Source: Yuukianura sp. NJ FZ-2021 (lineage: Eukaryota). Taken from it: 64,000 bases of DNA. The position numbers and the translations under genes are program-made. The stretch covers positions 2,480,001 to 2,544,000 of the forward strand of contig CM102287.1 in NCBI GenBank assembly GCA_046563655.1, written 5' to 3'. Under the pieces are notes generated by a model. It searched no databases, had not been told where the DNA came from, and saw nothing but the letters and a program-made list of their open reading frames with translations. Below, piece by piece: positions 12,422-25,200 of the stretch; position 1 is the first letter of the stretch; each line of letters begins with the position of its first letter.

Positions 12422-14830
12422 ATGTCTGTCCGGATGAAGCGTCGGATCTGCCTGTCCATCATTTTAGTAGCGCTTGCGCTCTACTCCATCGTGTCACTCA
12501 TAAGAAAAGCGGAATTGTCTCAACCACTACCTCACAGGTATCAAAAGTACAAAAAATTTTGACATTTCAGGTCAAAGGTCAAACTGTTTCAAAATTTTAT
12601 AATTTTTTTACGTTTCAAATAATAGTGACTTCCGCTTTCCTTCGACTTTTCGTTCTCGTGACCTCCACGTCGTGGTTGGCTACTACCAAGGAAATGACCT
12701 GCCATGGCTGCATCACGAAAACCTAACACAAGGTCAAAGTTTAAATTTTCGAAAATTCCTTTTTTTCAAAATTTCAAAACTTTTTCAAAAAATAGTCTTT
12801 TTAACACTTACAGAAGTTCTGAACATGAATTCCTTTGACCCCGTCGCCAACGAGGGTAAAAACGGTGATGCAGTGCTGATTCCTCCCTTCCAAGCACCAA
12901 AGATGAACCGACTTTTCCAAGTGAACAGATACAATGTGATGGCCAGTGACAGAATTCCACTCAACAGGTCACTTCCGGATGTCAGAAGAAAAGAATGCTT
13001 GACCTTGACCTTTGACCCCGCTCTGCCCAACACCTCAGTCATCATAGTATTCCACAATGAAGCCTGGAGCACTCTTCTGCGCACAGTTCACTCCGTTATA
13101 AACAGATCTCCTGCGCATCTTCTTGAAGAGATCATCTTGGTAGACGATGCAAGTGATCGTGTATTTTTGAAATCTCCGCTTGATGACCATGTTGCATCTC
13201 TTGACATTCCAGTGAAAGTAATTCGATCTAAAAAGAGAATTGGGTTAATCAAGGCACGATTACTTGGAGCAAAGGAAGCCAAAGGTCAAGTACTTACTTT
13301 TCTGGACTCACATTGTGAGACTACGCAAGGTAGGAAAGTCAACTTCCAGGAAATCCTAAAAATAGTTAGTATTTTCAAAAATGTTGGAATTTTAAAATTT
13401 TGAACTTTTGAAATTTCGAAATTCAGGTTGGTTGGAACCTTTGTTGTCGCGTATCCATGAGAATCCGAAGGTCATCGCGAGTCCAGTGATTGACATCATC
13501 AATGACGAGACGTTTGCTTTCGTCAGGAGTTTTGAAATGCATCAAGGCGGGGTCAACTGGGCACTTCACTTTCGCTGGTTTACGCTTCCAGCGACTCTGA
13601 TTGCACGCAGAGGATTAAGTCCAACCAGACCATTCATGTAAACTAAACAAAAAAATACTAATTAATCAATGACTAATTAAAAATACTAATTAATGTCTAA
13701 TTAAAAGTTGATTAATTGTTTGACTTACTTGATTAGGACTCCAGTGATGGCCGGAGGGCTGTTTTCAATTGACAAACAATTTTTCTATGACCTCGGATCC
13801 TATGATGACCAAATGGAAATCTGGGGAGGAGAAAACATCGAACTTTCCTTCCGAGTGAGTAATTCAAATCTGGAACGTAAAAATGTCAAAGGTCAAAGGT
13901 CAAAGTTGAACAACTTCTGTTTTTAGGGCTGGATGTGTGGAGCCATTCTGGAAATCGTCCCGTGTTCACATGTAGGACATCTTTTTCGGTAAATCCTAAA
14001 AAACGAAAACGGCACATTGAAATCCAAAATCTTTTAAAATTGGAAATTCAAAATTTTGAAATTGGCTTTTCTGTAGAAAGTCCAGCCCTTACACGTTTCC
14101 TGGCGGAGTGTCCCAAACGCTGCACAAAAACTTGGCACGCGTCGCTCTCGTCTGGATGGACGAATGGAAAAACTTTTTCTTCAAAACACATCCGGGTAAC
14201 CCTGTTAATCAACAAAACTTTCAAAATTAAAATTTTTTAATTACTTCAATTTCATTTTGTTTTTCCTTTTGTATTGCAGAAGTTGGAGCACTGGCAGGAA
14301 ACCAATCCGTTCAGGAGCGACATGACCTCCGACATCGGCTGAAATGTCGCTCCTTTGACTGGTACCTCCGAACTGTGTGGCCCACCCACTTCTTTCCAGC
14401 CCACAACCGATTCGTCGGCAAAATCCGAAACAGAAAAACCGGAAAATGCCTGGAAACTCCGAAAGGGAAATCGCTGAGTCAGCCTTTCGGAGAAGCCAGA
14501 GTCCAGCAGTGTATCCTGGAAGTATTTCCTCCACAAGTATTTGTGATGAGTCCCACTGGATTCATTGCCACAGATGACTCCGTTTGTCTCGATGCTCCTC
14601 AACATGCTTCTCCTCTGGACACCACTGTTCGAATCATGGCTTGCAATACGCTGGAGAGACAGCGATGGAGGTACGACAAGAGAACGAAGCGATTACGACA
14701 CATCCCGAGTGGAAAGTGCCTTGACCTTCCGACGACGTCAAGTCACAAGAGTCTGACACTCAGATGGTGTGAAAGTGGAAGTAAGTCACAGGAATGGATT
14801 CTGGAAGAAATCGACTGGACATCACCGTGA
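12422..14830 (+). CDS. Polypeptide N-acetylgalactosaminyltransferase (GT27, GALNT/pgant family), multi-exon
   Basis: N-terminal TM segment, [29 protein letters not shown] (DxH), [20 protein letters not shown] and a C-terminal ricin-B lectin domain. Confidence 0.95.
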
Positions 14831-14988
14831 CAGTCACTGGACCATCACGGGACATCACCGTGACAGTCACTGGACCATCACGGGACATCACAGTGACGGT
14901 CACTGGACCATCACGGGACATCACAGTGACGGTCACTGGACCATCACGGGACATCACAGTGACGGTCACTGGACATCACCGTGACAGT
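14817..14988. repeat. 33-bp minisatellite (about 5 copies, three 11-bp subunits) overlapping the GALNT stop codon
   Basis: Unit GGACATCACCGTGACAGTCACTGGACCATCACG with an internal GTGAC-N-GTCAC inverted repeat. Confidence 0.95.
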
Positions 14989-15092
14989 ACTTTATTACAA
15001 TCACAATCACTCAGAAAGCACTCCTCGGTTTAATAATAGTCTCCGCTCCGCCTGTCACTGTCACACCACTCTCAGAAAGAACCGTGACAACT

Positions 15093-17758
15093 TTAGGATG
15101 ACGAGAAGATTGACGGGAGGAACGACGTTTTGAGATCGTTGGGTTCCTGACCTTTGACCATGACCTTGAGTTTGATGATTGGCGGAGAGTGGTGTTCAAA
15201 AGAGTGAGTGTCTTCTGGTCTTTCTGCTGTGATGAAAATTGTTGAGTGTGGAGTCAGCTGTTGCATTTCATGGGCAAGTGCCAGCTGATTGATAACTCTT
15301 CGCTCAACTTCATGCTTGATTGATCTCGCACCATAATGGACATTGTACCCCTCAGAAAGTGCTTCCAGAACGTCCCGATCCCACTGAATTAGTCAATTAC
15401 TTCGATTACCGTCGAGTTATTAAAAATAGTGAGCTGATTTCTTACCTTGAGTTCAATGTTGTGCTTTTCCTTGGCCTTTCCAGCCCAGAATTGGAGTTCT
15501 TTTGTAACGAGTTCCAGGAGTTCTGATTTCGTAAATGGAAGGAAGTAGACGATTTCGTTGATCCGGCCAAGGAATTCGTCTCGCTTAAAATGTTTTTTCA
15601 GTATTTTCTGTACAACATTCTCCTTAAAGTGGGTTGAGATTGTGATTTTCTCTGACAGTTCTCGATCGTCTGAAAACGTAACAAAATCGTTAGAAATGAA
15701 TCTTTTGAGAAACTGAAATTCTTTACTTTGATAAAGAAACGTACCGATTTTTCCAGCGTATCTCTCCCGACTCACTCGTTCCGCTTCTTCTCTGAGCTGC
15801 AGTGCATGTTCAGCAATTTCTTCACTCGCCAAGTTAGAAGTCTGTCAACAATTTAGAAAAAGTTAAAACATTTTTAAACCGTACATTACAAAACAGTTAG
15901 GTCATTCCTTCCTTACCATCACAAAAATAGCTTCTTTACACTCAATCGTCTTCCCCTGTCCATCAGTCATTCGACCCTAGAATTCATTCAATTAATTATT
16001 CAAATTAATCACTTTTTTAATTTATAATATTCATATTTTATTATATTCACCTCATCAAAGAGTTGAAGCAAGACGGTAAGGACGTCAGTGTGAGCCTTTT
16101 CCACTTCATCAAACAGCACAACTGCATTTGGACACTTTTTGAGCTTCTTGGTCAGTTGACCTCCTTCTTCATGCCCGACGTATCCCGGAGGAGAACCAAT
16201 GAACCTTGCCACCTTTAGTTACAAAATTATAACTAATTAGTTTGATTAATTAATCAATTAGTTAATTGTAACATTTGATCTCACTTACAGAGTGTTTTTC
16301 CTGGTACTCTGACATGTCAATTCGGATGAATGCATTCTTGTTGTTCTTGTACAGGTAGTTGGCAATCTGTTTGGCTAACTCTGTCTTCCCTATGCCTGAG
16401 CTTCCAAGGAACAAAAACACAAGAGGATGACTATCATCTGTCCACCCATTCTCCTTCCGCCGAATCGCTGAAATTTCGCAAACATGGAATAACAGAGCAT
16501 TACAAGTTTGGAAATATTAAAAAATTGTGTGCTTACCGCTGGAAACTGTGGTGATGGCTCCCTCTTGTCCTACGATGTACTCTTTGATTCTTTGTTCGAG
16601 TGGAAAACGTCTTCTCTCCTCGGCAGCCTTCAACCTCTGCTGCTCTTCATACTGGTAAATCAGAAAAAATAATAAGTGCTTCGTATTGGAAACGTTTTGT
16701 GAAAAATGTGAATTCGGAAGAGCCGATACAAGAATATGGATATTTGGCTTACAACGGATGTGTGCTTTTTGATAAGTTCTTTGATTTCAGCGTTCCTGAC
16801 GTAATTGAGAGGTAAATGACCAGCATCATTGACTACAGTTGGAATCGCTCCGTGATCCAGCAGTGCTTTTACAATTTCCAGGTTATCGGCCAAGCAAGCG
16901 TAATGAAGAGCTGGAAAACAAGTTTTGAGTTACTTTTAGTAAAAGCCGAAAGTGAACAACACTTACCTGTGCATCCGTGGAAGTTGGCAGTTCGCAATCT
17001 GTCTGAAAACTCATCTTCCCTTTCATAATGCACTGAAAATTAAAAGAGTAAAACTGAATCTGAGAGTTTGAATCTTTAGTGGCAATCAATTCTAATCGCT
17101 TACCGTCAATTGGATTCATGTGCCTTGCTTTGGCCATTTGGTAGACAGTGGTAAATTCCTCCTTCAAATTCGGGTCAGCACCAGCTTCCAACAATGCCTT
17201 AACAACTTCTTCATTTCCGTTTACTGCAGCCACCATCAACGACGTCCATCCAAGCTGATGTCTCCCATTCACATCAACGTCACTCGCCTTCAGTAACGCA
17301 CGAACTTCAGTTACTCGATTCTTCTTTACAGCAGACAGCAACGCTTCAACTGCAAGTATAAAAATGATCGTTATTTTCTGAATTCTAATTTAGAAAACCT
17401 ATTTTCCTAAAGAAAATAGTTCCTCAACGTTACCATTTCGATTTGGAGTTGCATTGTAAGCTGTCTTCACACTGAAAATACCAATAGCCACCGGGACAAG
17501 CAAACTCCAAGGCAAAGTTCTTCTAAATTCCGAAGTATTCTGGTGACCTTGTGAATTCGAAGATGATGGACCAAGGTTAAATTCGTGATTATTAGCAAGT
17601 CTTTGTGAAAAATCTGGAATCCTTAATGTTTCTTCAGCAGTGGCTACAGAACAGGTACGAAATTGACTTTTGTCTCGTTGTACAAGTGATGCGGGTCTTC
17701 GTCTCCCATATGTCGCCAGAGATCTTAAGAAGAATCTGATATACGTAGCGACACTCAT
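15093..17758 (-). CDS. CLPB: Mitochondrial disaggregase CLPB/SKD3 (ankyrin repeats plus one AAA+ domain), multi-exon
   Basis: Basic N-terminal presequence, ankyrin repeats ([10 protein letters not shown]), Walker [68 protein letters not shown]; stop at 15095-15093. Confidence 0.95.
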
Positions 17759-17949
17759 GGCGGACGCATTGGCTCACCTGAGTTTCAGTTTACCAATTAT
17801 CCATTAGATCTTCTTACTAATCTGATGCAATTTGGTTGGGTTTTACGTCCTAATTTTATTCGCCTTGACTTTTTATGTGACTTTTTTCCTCTTTGTTTAC
17901 TTCAGACTTATCCGAGTTTTGGGTCAGCATGAATTTTGCACAACGAGAC

Positions 17950-18091
17950 ACTAAACCTCTGAAAACGTCAGACTGCCCTACTAAAACTCGGAAAACCTCC
18001 GACTGAGCTTACTAAAGCTCAGAAGTCATCAGAATGGGGTCACTAAGTCCCTGAAAAGATCAGGATCGTCACTCTAAAGCTCGGAAATTAT
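17950..18091. repeat. Degenerate 30-32-bp tandem repeat (about 4.5 copies) abutting the P-element left end
   Basis: Units begin at 17950, 17980, 18011, 18042 and about 18073 with a consensus like ACTAAAGCTCGGAAAA..TCAGACTG. Confidence 0.6.
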
Positions 18092-18790
18092 CAAGGTAAA
18101 TAGAATACTTATAGGTACGGTCCCTTAAAATTATTTTTTCAAAACCGAGTTGCTATGTGATTTTTTTCACTCCGAGTTCACTCATTTACAGTGTTGTTCA
18201 AAATTTTCATCATTTTAGTCTCAATACTTTCGCCACAAACTTAAAAATAGCTTAAAAACTCGGTTGAACCTGTATTTTCACTCGGAGTGACGTCACTGTG
18301 AGTGAAATTGTAAACAAATAAAGAATCGGTTTTGGTCGCTAAGGCATTTTTGCCGCCCCCTGGGAAATTATCTGAATCAGAAGGGCCTTACTAATCCCTG
18401 GAATTGTCAGAGTCAAAACATTGTACGCTAATGCTAAAGCTCTTTCAACCTCAATCGACGGGAATGTCAACAAAGATAATAATCTAACAACAACGTCGAA
18501 CGGATGTTGGATTACTTGGCAAAAATCGAACTTCGTCCGGGGGCGGCAAAAAAGCCCTAGCGACCAAAACCGATTTTTTGAAAAATAAACAACGAGAAAT
18601 ATCGTGACGTCATCCCGAGGGGGCGTGGCTAGCAAATCCAATTAAGTTCCATTGTGTTCCTCAAGTTTCTCTGTTTAATTACCGTCAATTAAGTTAATCA
18701 TAATAAGTTAGTTAATTCAGATAATCATTTAAGTTCAGTGGTGAGTTCAGTACGTCAGATTCCAAGTTTAGGTGTTGATCCCGAGTCATT

Positions 18791-21700
18791 ATGTCCAACT
18801 ACTGCGCATATCCTAAGTGTAACAACAATTCGAAGGCGTGTTCTGGATCTGGAGTCGTATTTCATCAATTCCCTACTAAGAAGATGCTTTGTAAGCGTTG
18901 GATTGACAAGTGTCACAGAGGATCTGACAAGTCGTTTCGGCCAATGAGTCACAGAATCTGTTCAGAACACTTTGCCGAAGCCGACTACGAGCGGGATCTG
19001 AAAGCCGAATTGCTTGGGCTTCCACCACGGAAAAAGCTGAAGTGTGACGCTGTGCCTCGTCCCGATCCAACTGCTAACACCACAAATGAACGAGACATAC
19101 GAATGAAACGGAAGGAGCATGCGCAGCTCATCAAAACGTTGCTAGAAGAGGAAATCCAGACAAGAGCGTTGCAATTAGGTACTGCATTCCATTTTGGAGT
19201 GTTTTTAATGAAATCAGGTTTAATTTTATTTCGATTTTGAAATTGTAGAGCAGCAGACAAGTGGCTCTGCTGAACCGGAAGATATGGAGGTGCAATCGGC
19301 AGTCTCTGATTTGGAACTTACGCAAAACTCTAGTACACAAACTCCTCGGATATTCACTGCGCATGCGTGTGTCCAAACAAAGAAATCCAAATACGGTAAA
19401 TTAAAAAAAACAACTTAAGATGACCGCTTTTGTTCAATGAACTTTTTCAATCCTTAGAACTCAAAATCCTCAAGCTTGAGAAAAAGCTAATCAACGTGAA
19501 ACACAAGTTGTTAATTAAGACGCTTACTGTCAATCGGCTGAAAGCACAACTACTGAAAAAAACTGGGAAGTCAGAAAAGCATCGAAAATTCGGAAAGAGT
19601 AAAATAATTGAGGTAAATTTAGTCTTTAGTATTTTCAAAAGTTTAGTGAAATGTTTTGTATAACATTTTTGATTAGGCAATGGCACTTCGGTCCGTAAGC
19701 TTGAAGGGATACGAAACAGCAAGGAAGATCATGAAAATGGATCTACCGGCTCCGAGGACTCTTCGTGCACATCTTCAAGGTTTTCAGTGCCTGCCAGGCG
19801 TCAGCCACGAAGTACTTGATGCGTTGAAAGAGAAATCATTGCACATGGACCCCCACGCCAAATTATGTGCTTTATCATTTGATGAAATGTCACTTGATTC
19901 AAGATACGTCTACGACAAAGGTCAAGATCAAATCTTCTCGGCCTCCCAAGCTCAAGTTGCGATGATTCGGGGAATATGTCAAAACTGGAAACAGCCAATC
20001 TATTACCAATTTGACACTCCAATGACCAGTGACATCTTGATGGACATCATTCAAAATGTCGAACAGTCTGGTTTCAAAGTAATGTCGGTGACGTCAGATT
20101 TTGGAGCTGGAAACCAGTCACTTTGGAAGAATTTGAACATCGACGAACATCACTCTTACTTCACAAATCCTGCAGACCGAAATCGTCGAATCCACGTTTT
20201 CGCAGACGTTCCTCACATGCTAAAACTAATTCGGAATCATTTACTTGATGACGGCTTCCAAATGGACTCAGGTCAGGTCGTCAATATGGAGATCTTGGAA
20301 GAAATGCTGTCCAGGAATGGAGATGAGAAGAAACTGTGTCCCAATTTCACCTCAAAAATTCTAGAAGTGACACGTTCCGAGCGAATGAGGGTAAGCAAAT
20401 TAAATACGTTAAATTAATTAGTTTAACACTGCGTTAGAACTCTATAGTTCCAACTTTGGCCGCTAGATGGCGCCACCGTCGACCCCTCGGGATCTCTTTA
20501 GTTCCAACTTTGGCCGCTAGATGGCGCCACCGTCGACCCCTCGGGATCTCTTTAGTTCCAACTTTGGCCGCTAGATGGCGCCACCGTCGACCCCTCGGGA
20601 TCTTTTTAGTTCCAACTTTGGCCGCTAGATGGCGCCACCGTCGTCACATCAAATTGATTATTGTACCTAATCCAAGTGTCTTATTACTTATTACAGGTGC
20701 GTCCGGCAGCGCAGCTTTTATCAAACCGCGTATCCAAATTGGCAGAACTAGTTTTTCCGGACAAGCCTGACATTTCAAAGTTTTTCAAAGTTCTCAACGA
20801 TGGCTTCGATGTACTGAATTCCAAGTTTCCAGTGGACAACGACAACAAAATCAAATCTGCATACGGCATGGACTTGGAACAGCAGAACGAAGCATTGCTT
20901 AACCTAGAGCGTCTCATACGGCAGTCTCGTTCATTCACAAAAGGAAAAAATGTTGCCAAGAAAAAGTCGCCGAAGAAGGCCCTGCTTCCATGTCAAAAAG
21001 GTTTCTTGTTATCCATCAGTTCCTACAAGTTGTTACTTGAAGACCTCAAGAAAGAGAATGTGACCTACCTGCTTGGAATTCGGGTCACTCAGGATGTACT
21101 AGAATCATTTTTCTCAAGTGTAAGGTCGTATGGAGGGCCAAATACATCACCTGGACCAATTGAATTCCGCTACAGAGTCAGACTTCTTATCCTTGGGTCA
21201 AAGGTCAGAAATCCTAATGGAACCAATTGTCTGGCTGATGATGCGAACTACTTGGCCAGCAACATAATGCTGAAGCTAGATCGCCCATTCAGACTGCCCA
21301 AACGAAAACCTCTACATAAGGAAACTGGAGACCCGACATACAGCCACATAACTTCAACCTCAACCAGCTTTGATGTGGATGCAGAAGCGCTGAAATACTT
21401 GGCTGGATATTTGGCGTGGAAGTTAAAGCGCCAAGGCTTCGGTACTTATGGTACTCCATCGTCAACGTTTACAATTCCTGATTCCACAACAAGTTGGATT
21501 ATGCACCTGTCGAGAGGAGGATTGCTGATTCCCAATGATCACATCTCCAATGTCGTCGAGAAATGTGAGACTGTATTCCTGAGGCTTATGTCGGAACAAA
21601 TAATGCTCCCGAATGTCACCAAGAATTTCGTCACAACCGTGCTCCGGGACTTTCCACAATTTGAAACAAAAATCGTCGAGCTATTTGTGGCTACCCGGGT

Positions 21701-21791
21701 TCGGATTCGGCTAAAAGAGCTGAACATCAACGCTAAGAGCAAATTCAACGTTAAAAAGGCTAAGCAATTTGTAAAAGCCGCACCAAAGTAG
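18791..21791 (+). CDS. THAP-domain P-element transposase (THAP9-like), 5 exons, about 832 aa
   Basis: Exons 18791-19178, 19249-19395, 19458-19612, 19677-20390 and 20697-21791 total 2499 nt in frame. C2CH THAP domain (CAYPKC..FP..W..ICSEHF..DAVP), coiled coil, FDEM, TSDFG, ADVPHMLKLIRN, QDVLESFFS. Confidence 0.93.
20445..20643 (+). promoter_or_regulatory. 54-bp tandem array (3.7 copies) in transposase intron 4, each unit with a CTCF-like motif
   Basis: Unit TAGTTCCAACTTTGGCCGCTAGATGGCGCCACCGTCGACCCCTCGGGATCTCTT; cores TGGCCGCTAGATGGCGCCA at 20457, 20511, 20565 and 20619 match the CTCF consensus. Binding is inferred. Confidence 0.75.
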
Positions 21792-22255
21792 CTCACTGTT
21801 TCAAAAGTTTACATGTAAAATAAATTTGTTTAAAAATATTCGGCAATTTAAGCAATTAATTCTAAATTTTTAAATCAGAAGACACTTTTCATAATGCTTA
21901 TAATGAGCCACGCCCATCCACTTCACTCGGGATGACGTCACAATTTAAAATATTAAATTAAATTAACGTGGCAACCACGTTTTGAAAAAACAATTCTCAA
22001 CAACCGTACCTATACGTATTCTATTTACCTTGACTTCGTCCGCCATTTTCCAGGTACATCTCTGGACGATCGTAGCCTAGACAACTCAAAACGTCAAAAT
22101 ATCGCTTTCGTTCCTTATGTTGACGTGCTTTAATTTTGCACTTTACAACTTTTTTCTTTTCAGCGACCATCGATCAGCCAGCCCTCTTATCATCATCGAG
22201 AGAACATCGTTAATCGCTGCATTGAACGAGCTCTACCAACGGAAGTAAAGCCATA

Positions 22256-25200
22256 ATGGAGACTTCGAGGAAGTCCAAGGGTGACGGTCCCAAAAAGAGA
22301 AAAACGAGGGAGAAATCCGGACAAGGAGGAGAAACGAATGCGAAGGAAAGGAAATCCAAGGTTCCGAATCCTGTACGTCCCTCCGTCGTCATGAGTGCGA
22401 CGGAGCTGAACCAGACCAGCAGTCAAGATCAACTGGAACTGAGGAAATCCGTGTCGGAAGTGGAGATACGATCATCACCGTCAGCAGAAGTCTTAGCCCA
22501 GCAGGACATACAACAGACTCAAAGAATCAAGCGAATGTCAAGGTCACTCGGACCGACACAACGAAATACTGCGATAGAATCATGCGTTTTCCCACTGCGA
22601 GGTTATCACTCAGAACCGAATCTTCTGACCTTGACGGAGCCCGAGTTCCAAGATGTCCGGATACCAAGGAAAGGTCAAGTGGGGAGGTCAAAGACAATGG
22701 AAGACGTTGTCCTGTCGTCATTGTGCTACCCATCTCTTGTCACTGAGGCTATCTACCCGGGAGACACTGATCGTACTTATGTCGTTAGCGAAAGTGTTCG
22801 GAATGCCTGGGAAGCAGTTGCTCAGCAGGAGATCAATCGGTTTTCGTTTTATGATGCTCTCTTTGCTGGTGGTTTTGTCGTTGACAGGTAAAATAAGAAC
22901 TCAAACTTGCATTTCTCCTTGATTAATCTAAACTTATGTTTCAATTAGTCTGGAAGTTCCTGCTCGTCTGGACGACATTTCATATCTCATCGAAGGAGAC
23001 GTGTCTGTGTATCGTGATAAGCCACTTGACTATGCCAGAATGGTTTTCAAGTCAAAGACTGTTTTCACTGGAAACTTGACCAATGGACACTTCAGTGGAC
23101 CTGGAAGGTACATCTGGTTGGATGGCACGATTTATCAGGTAATCGATTTATTTTCGATTTTTCTCCTTTGAATTTCGATTTTTCATGAACTTTTCTAACT
23201 TTTGGTTCTTTTTGGTGTCTTTTCAGGGTGATTTTCAAGATGGTCTGATGCATGGCGAAGGCGTTCTGCTCCTTCCAGACGGATGTTTTTTTGAAGGAGA
23301 GTTCAAGAATGGGGAACGTACTGGCTGGGGAATTTACACCACTCCGACTGGACTCATGTACGCTGGAGAATGGCTGAAAGGGGTTCCGAATGGCAATGGC
23401 AAAGTTTGGTACAACCCGAACGTGGAAGACAGCGACTACTACGATGGTCAGTGGGATAAAGGAACCATGCATGGCTTTGGCACTCGCCAGTACATCAACG
23501 GATCCAGGTACATTGGCAACTTTCACCGTGGAACACGCAAAGGTCAAGGCACAATGATCTGGTTAGCAGAAAGACAAGTAAGACGTTCTCAACTTAATTT
23601 TTAAGGAGAGTTAATCGATTAACTTAAATTGATTTGATTTCAGGTGTATAAAGGCGAATGGGCAGAGGGAGAACCGAATGGTTTTGGGGAACACGTTTGG
23701 TATTTCCCGCGCAGCGCCACTTGTCCCTACCCTCAGCGAAATGTCTACAAGGTCAGTTTTGAAATTCAAAATTTTGGTAACTTTTTGAACTTTGAAAAAA
23801 TGTTGAAATTTTGAAAATTCCAGGGAGATTTTGTTAATGGTATGCGTCACGGGATTGGTCGAATGATTTACGCCTGTGGCAGCATCTACGACGGAAAGTG
23901 GCATGATGGAGTCAAACACGGCAAAGGAATTTTCATCAATCCGGCAGGGGAAGTTCTTTTTGCAATTTTCCGACAAGGATCCATTTCTGGAGGATCGGAT
24001 ATCGTAAGTTTCAGAAATATTTTTAGCACTTTGAAAATTTCTGATTTCTGAAACCTCTTTTTTGAAAATTTTTTGAAAACTCTGATTTGTGTTTGTTTTT
24101 CTTATTTTAGCCTCTGCATGTTCCCACTTACGCCTGCAAGTTCCGGTCACTCGTGACCGTGTTGCAACAGCGTCTTCATGTGACTGACCCCACGGTGGCC
24201 CAACTAGAGGAAGAGTACTTGTCAGAAACCGTGACACGGTTCCTCACCCGTGTGCGAAGTCTGTACAAAAGGGCAGGGTACTTGGGGGAATGGTGGGGCA
24301 ACCAAGGGCATTTCCCCCAGTGGATGAAGAAATCAACACAGACTAAGCATCACCTTCAACATCGACACACAAAGGACCCTATTCTGGAGTCCATCCAGAG
24401 CCAAATCTACGAATCTGATGAGCAGCACGCATCATGGACTCATGGCCACAAACCACACTTTGGGTCACCCGACCACGTCAACCCCGTCACACGATTTGGA
24501 CTTTGGTTGTTGCTCAAAGACTGTCCAGGAGTGCTGTCGGACATTACACTAGCTGAACTTGACAGCATTTGGACCACGATTCCCTCAATTTCCTTCCAAA
24601 CACGACATCATCCGTTCGAACCCGTTCAACTTTGGCAGGTTACTAACTTTTTCACTTTTTTAAACTTTTTTTTTTGAATGTTTGAGACTTTCCTGAAACT
24701 TTGTTGTTGTTTTTTTTTTTTTTTGAAACTTTGATTTTTTTTTTAGTTTCTGCAATGTCTGGTCGTTGTGGCTTCCATGATTTACATCGAGATTCCAAAA
24801 CGAAACTACCAGTACGAGATGAACGTTGAGGAAGATGAGGAAGCGTTTGAGGTGGAAGCGGAACATAAAGTGGACCATTTCGAAGAAGAAGAAGAGACAG
24901 AAGTTGACGACCAAATCATGGTTCCACCGCCACCGTCTCCCGCCGGATCATTTTCTTCTACAAAAAACAGCAAGACATCCGACAGTGGTGCTGGAAGTGC
25001 CAAAAACAATCAGCGCAAGAAAAGCTCCAGAAAGTCCAAAATGTCAAAAACTGACAGCAAAACGAGAAAATCCCAGGCGGAGAAACGCCCCACTGTGACT
25101 GCTGGTGGGGCTAAGAAAGGCCGTGCGTCGTCCAAGGCAAGGAAATCACGAAATTCGTCACCAAAGCAGTCCTTGGACACGAAAATTCGGAAAGACGAAG

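Larger units (their letters stand above)
18092..22032 (+). mobile_element. P-element superfamily (THAP transposase) DNA transposon, apparently full length
   Basis: 30-bp TIRs CAAGGTAAATAGAATAC(T/G)TATAGGTACGGT at 18092-18121 and 22003-22032 (one mismatch); subterminal inverted GTGACGTCATCCCGAG..GGGCGTGGCT blocks at about 18601-18630 and 21906-21944; internal transposase. No TSD found. Confidence 0.93.

Noticed and set aside
14760..15033. Repetitive ORFs on both strands (TVTVMSRDGP, HHSDGHWTITG)
   Set aside because: They are translations of the 33-bp minisatellite.
15093..17758. Horizontally acquired bacterial ClpB
   Set aside because: Ankyrin repeats, a single AAA+ domain, a presequence and many introns identify ordinary animal CLPB/SKD3.
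20445..20643. 54-bp array as a CRISPR-like locus
   Set aside because: Units are near-identical end to end with no unique spacers, there are no cas genes, and the context is a eukaryotic intron.
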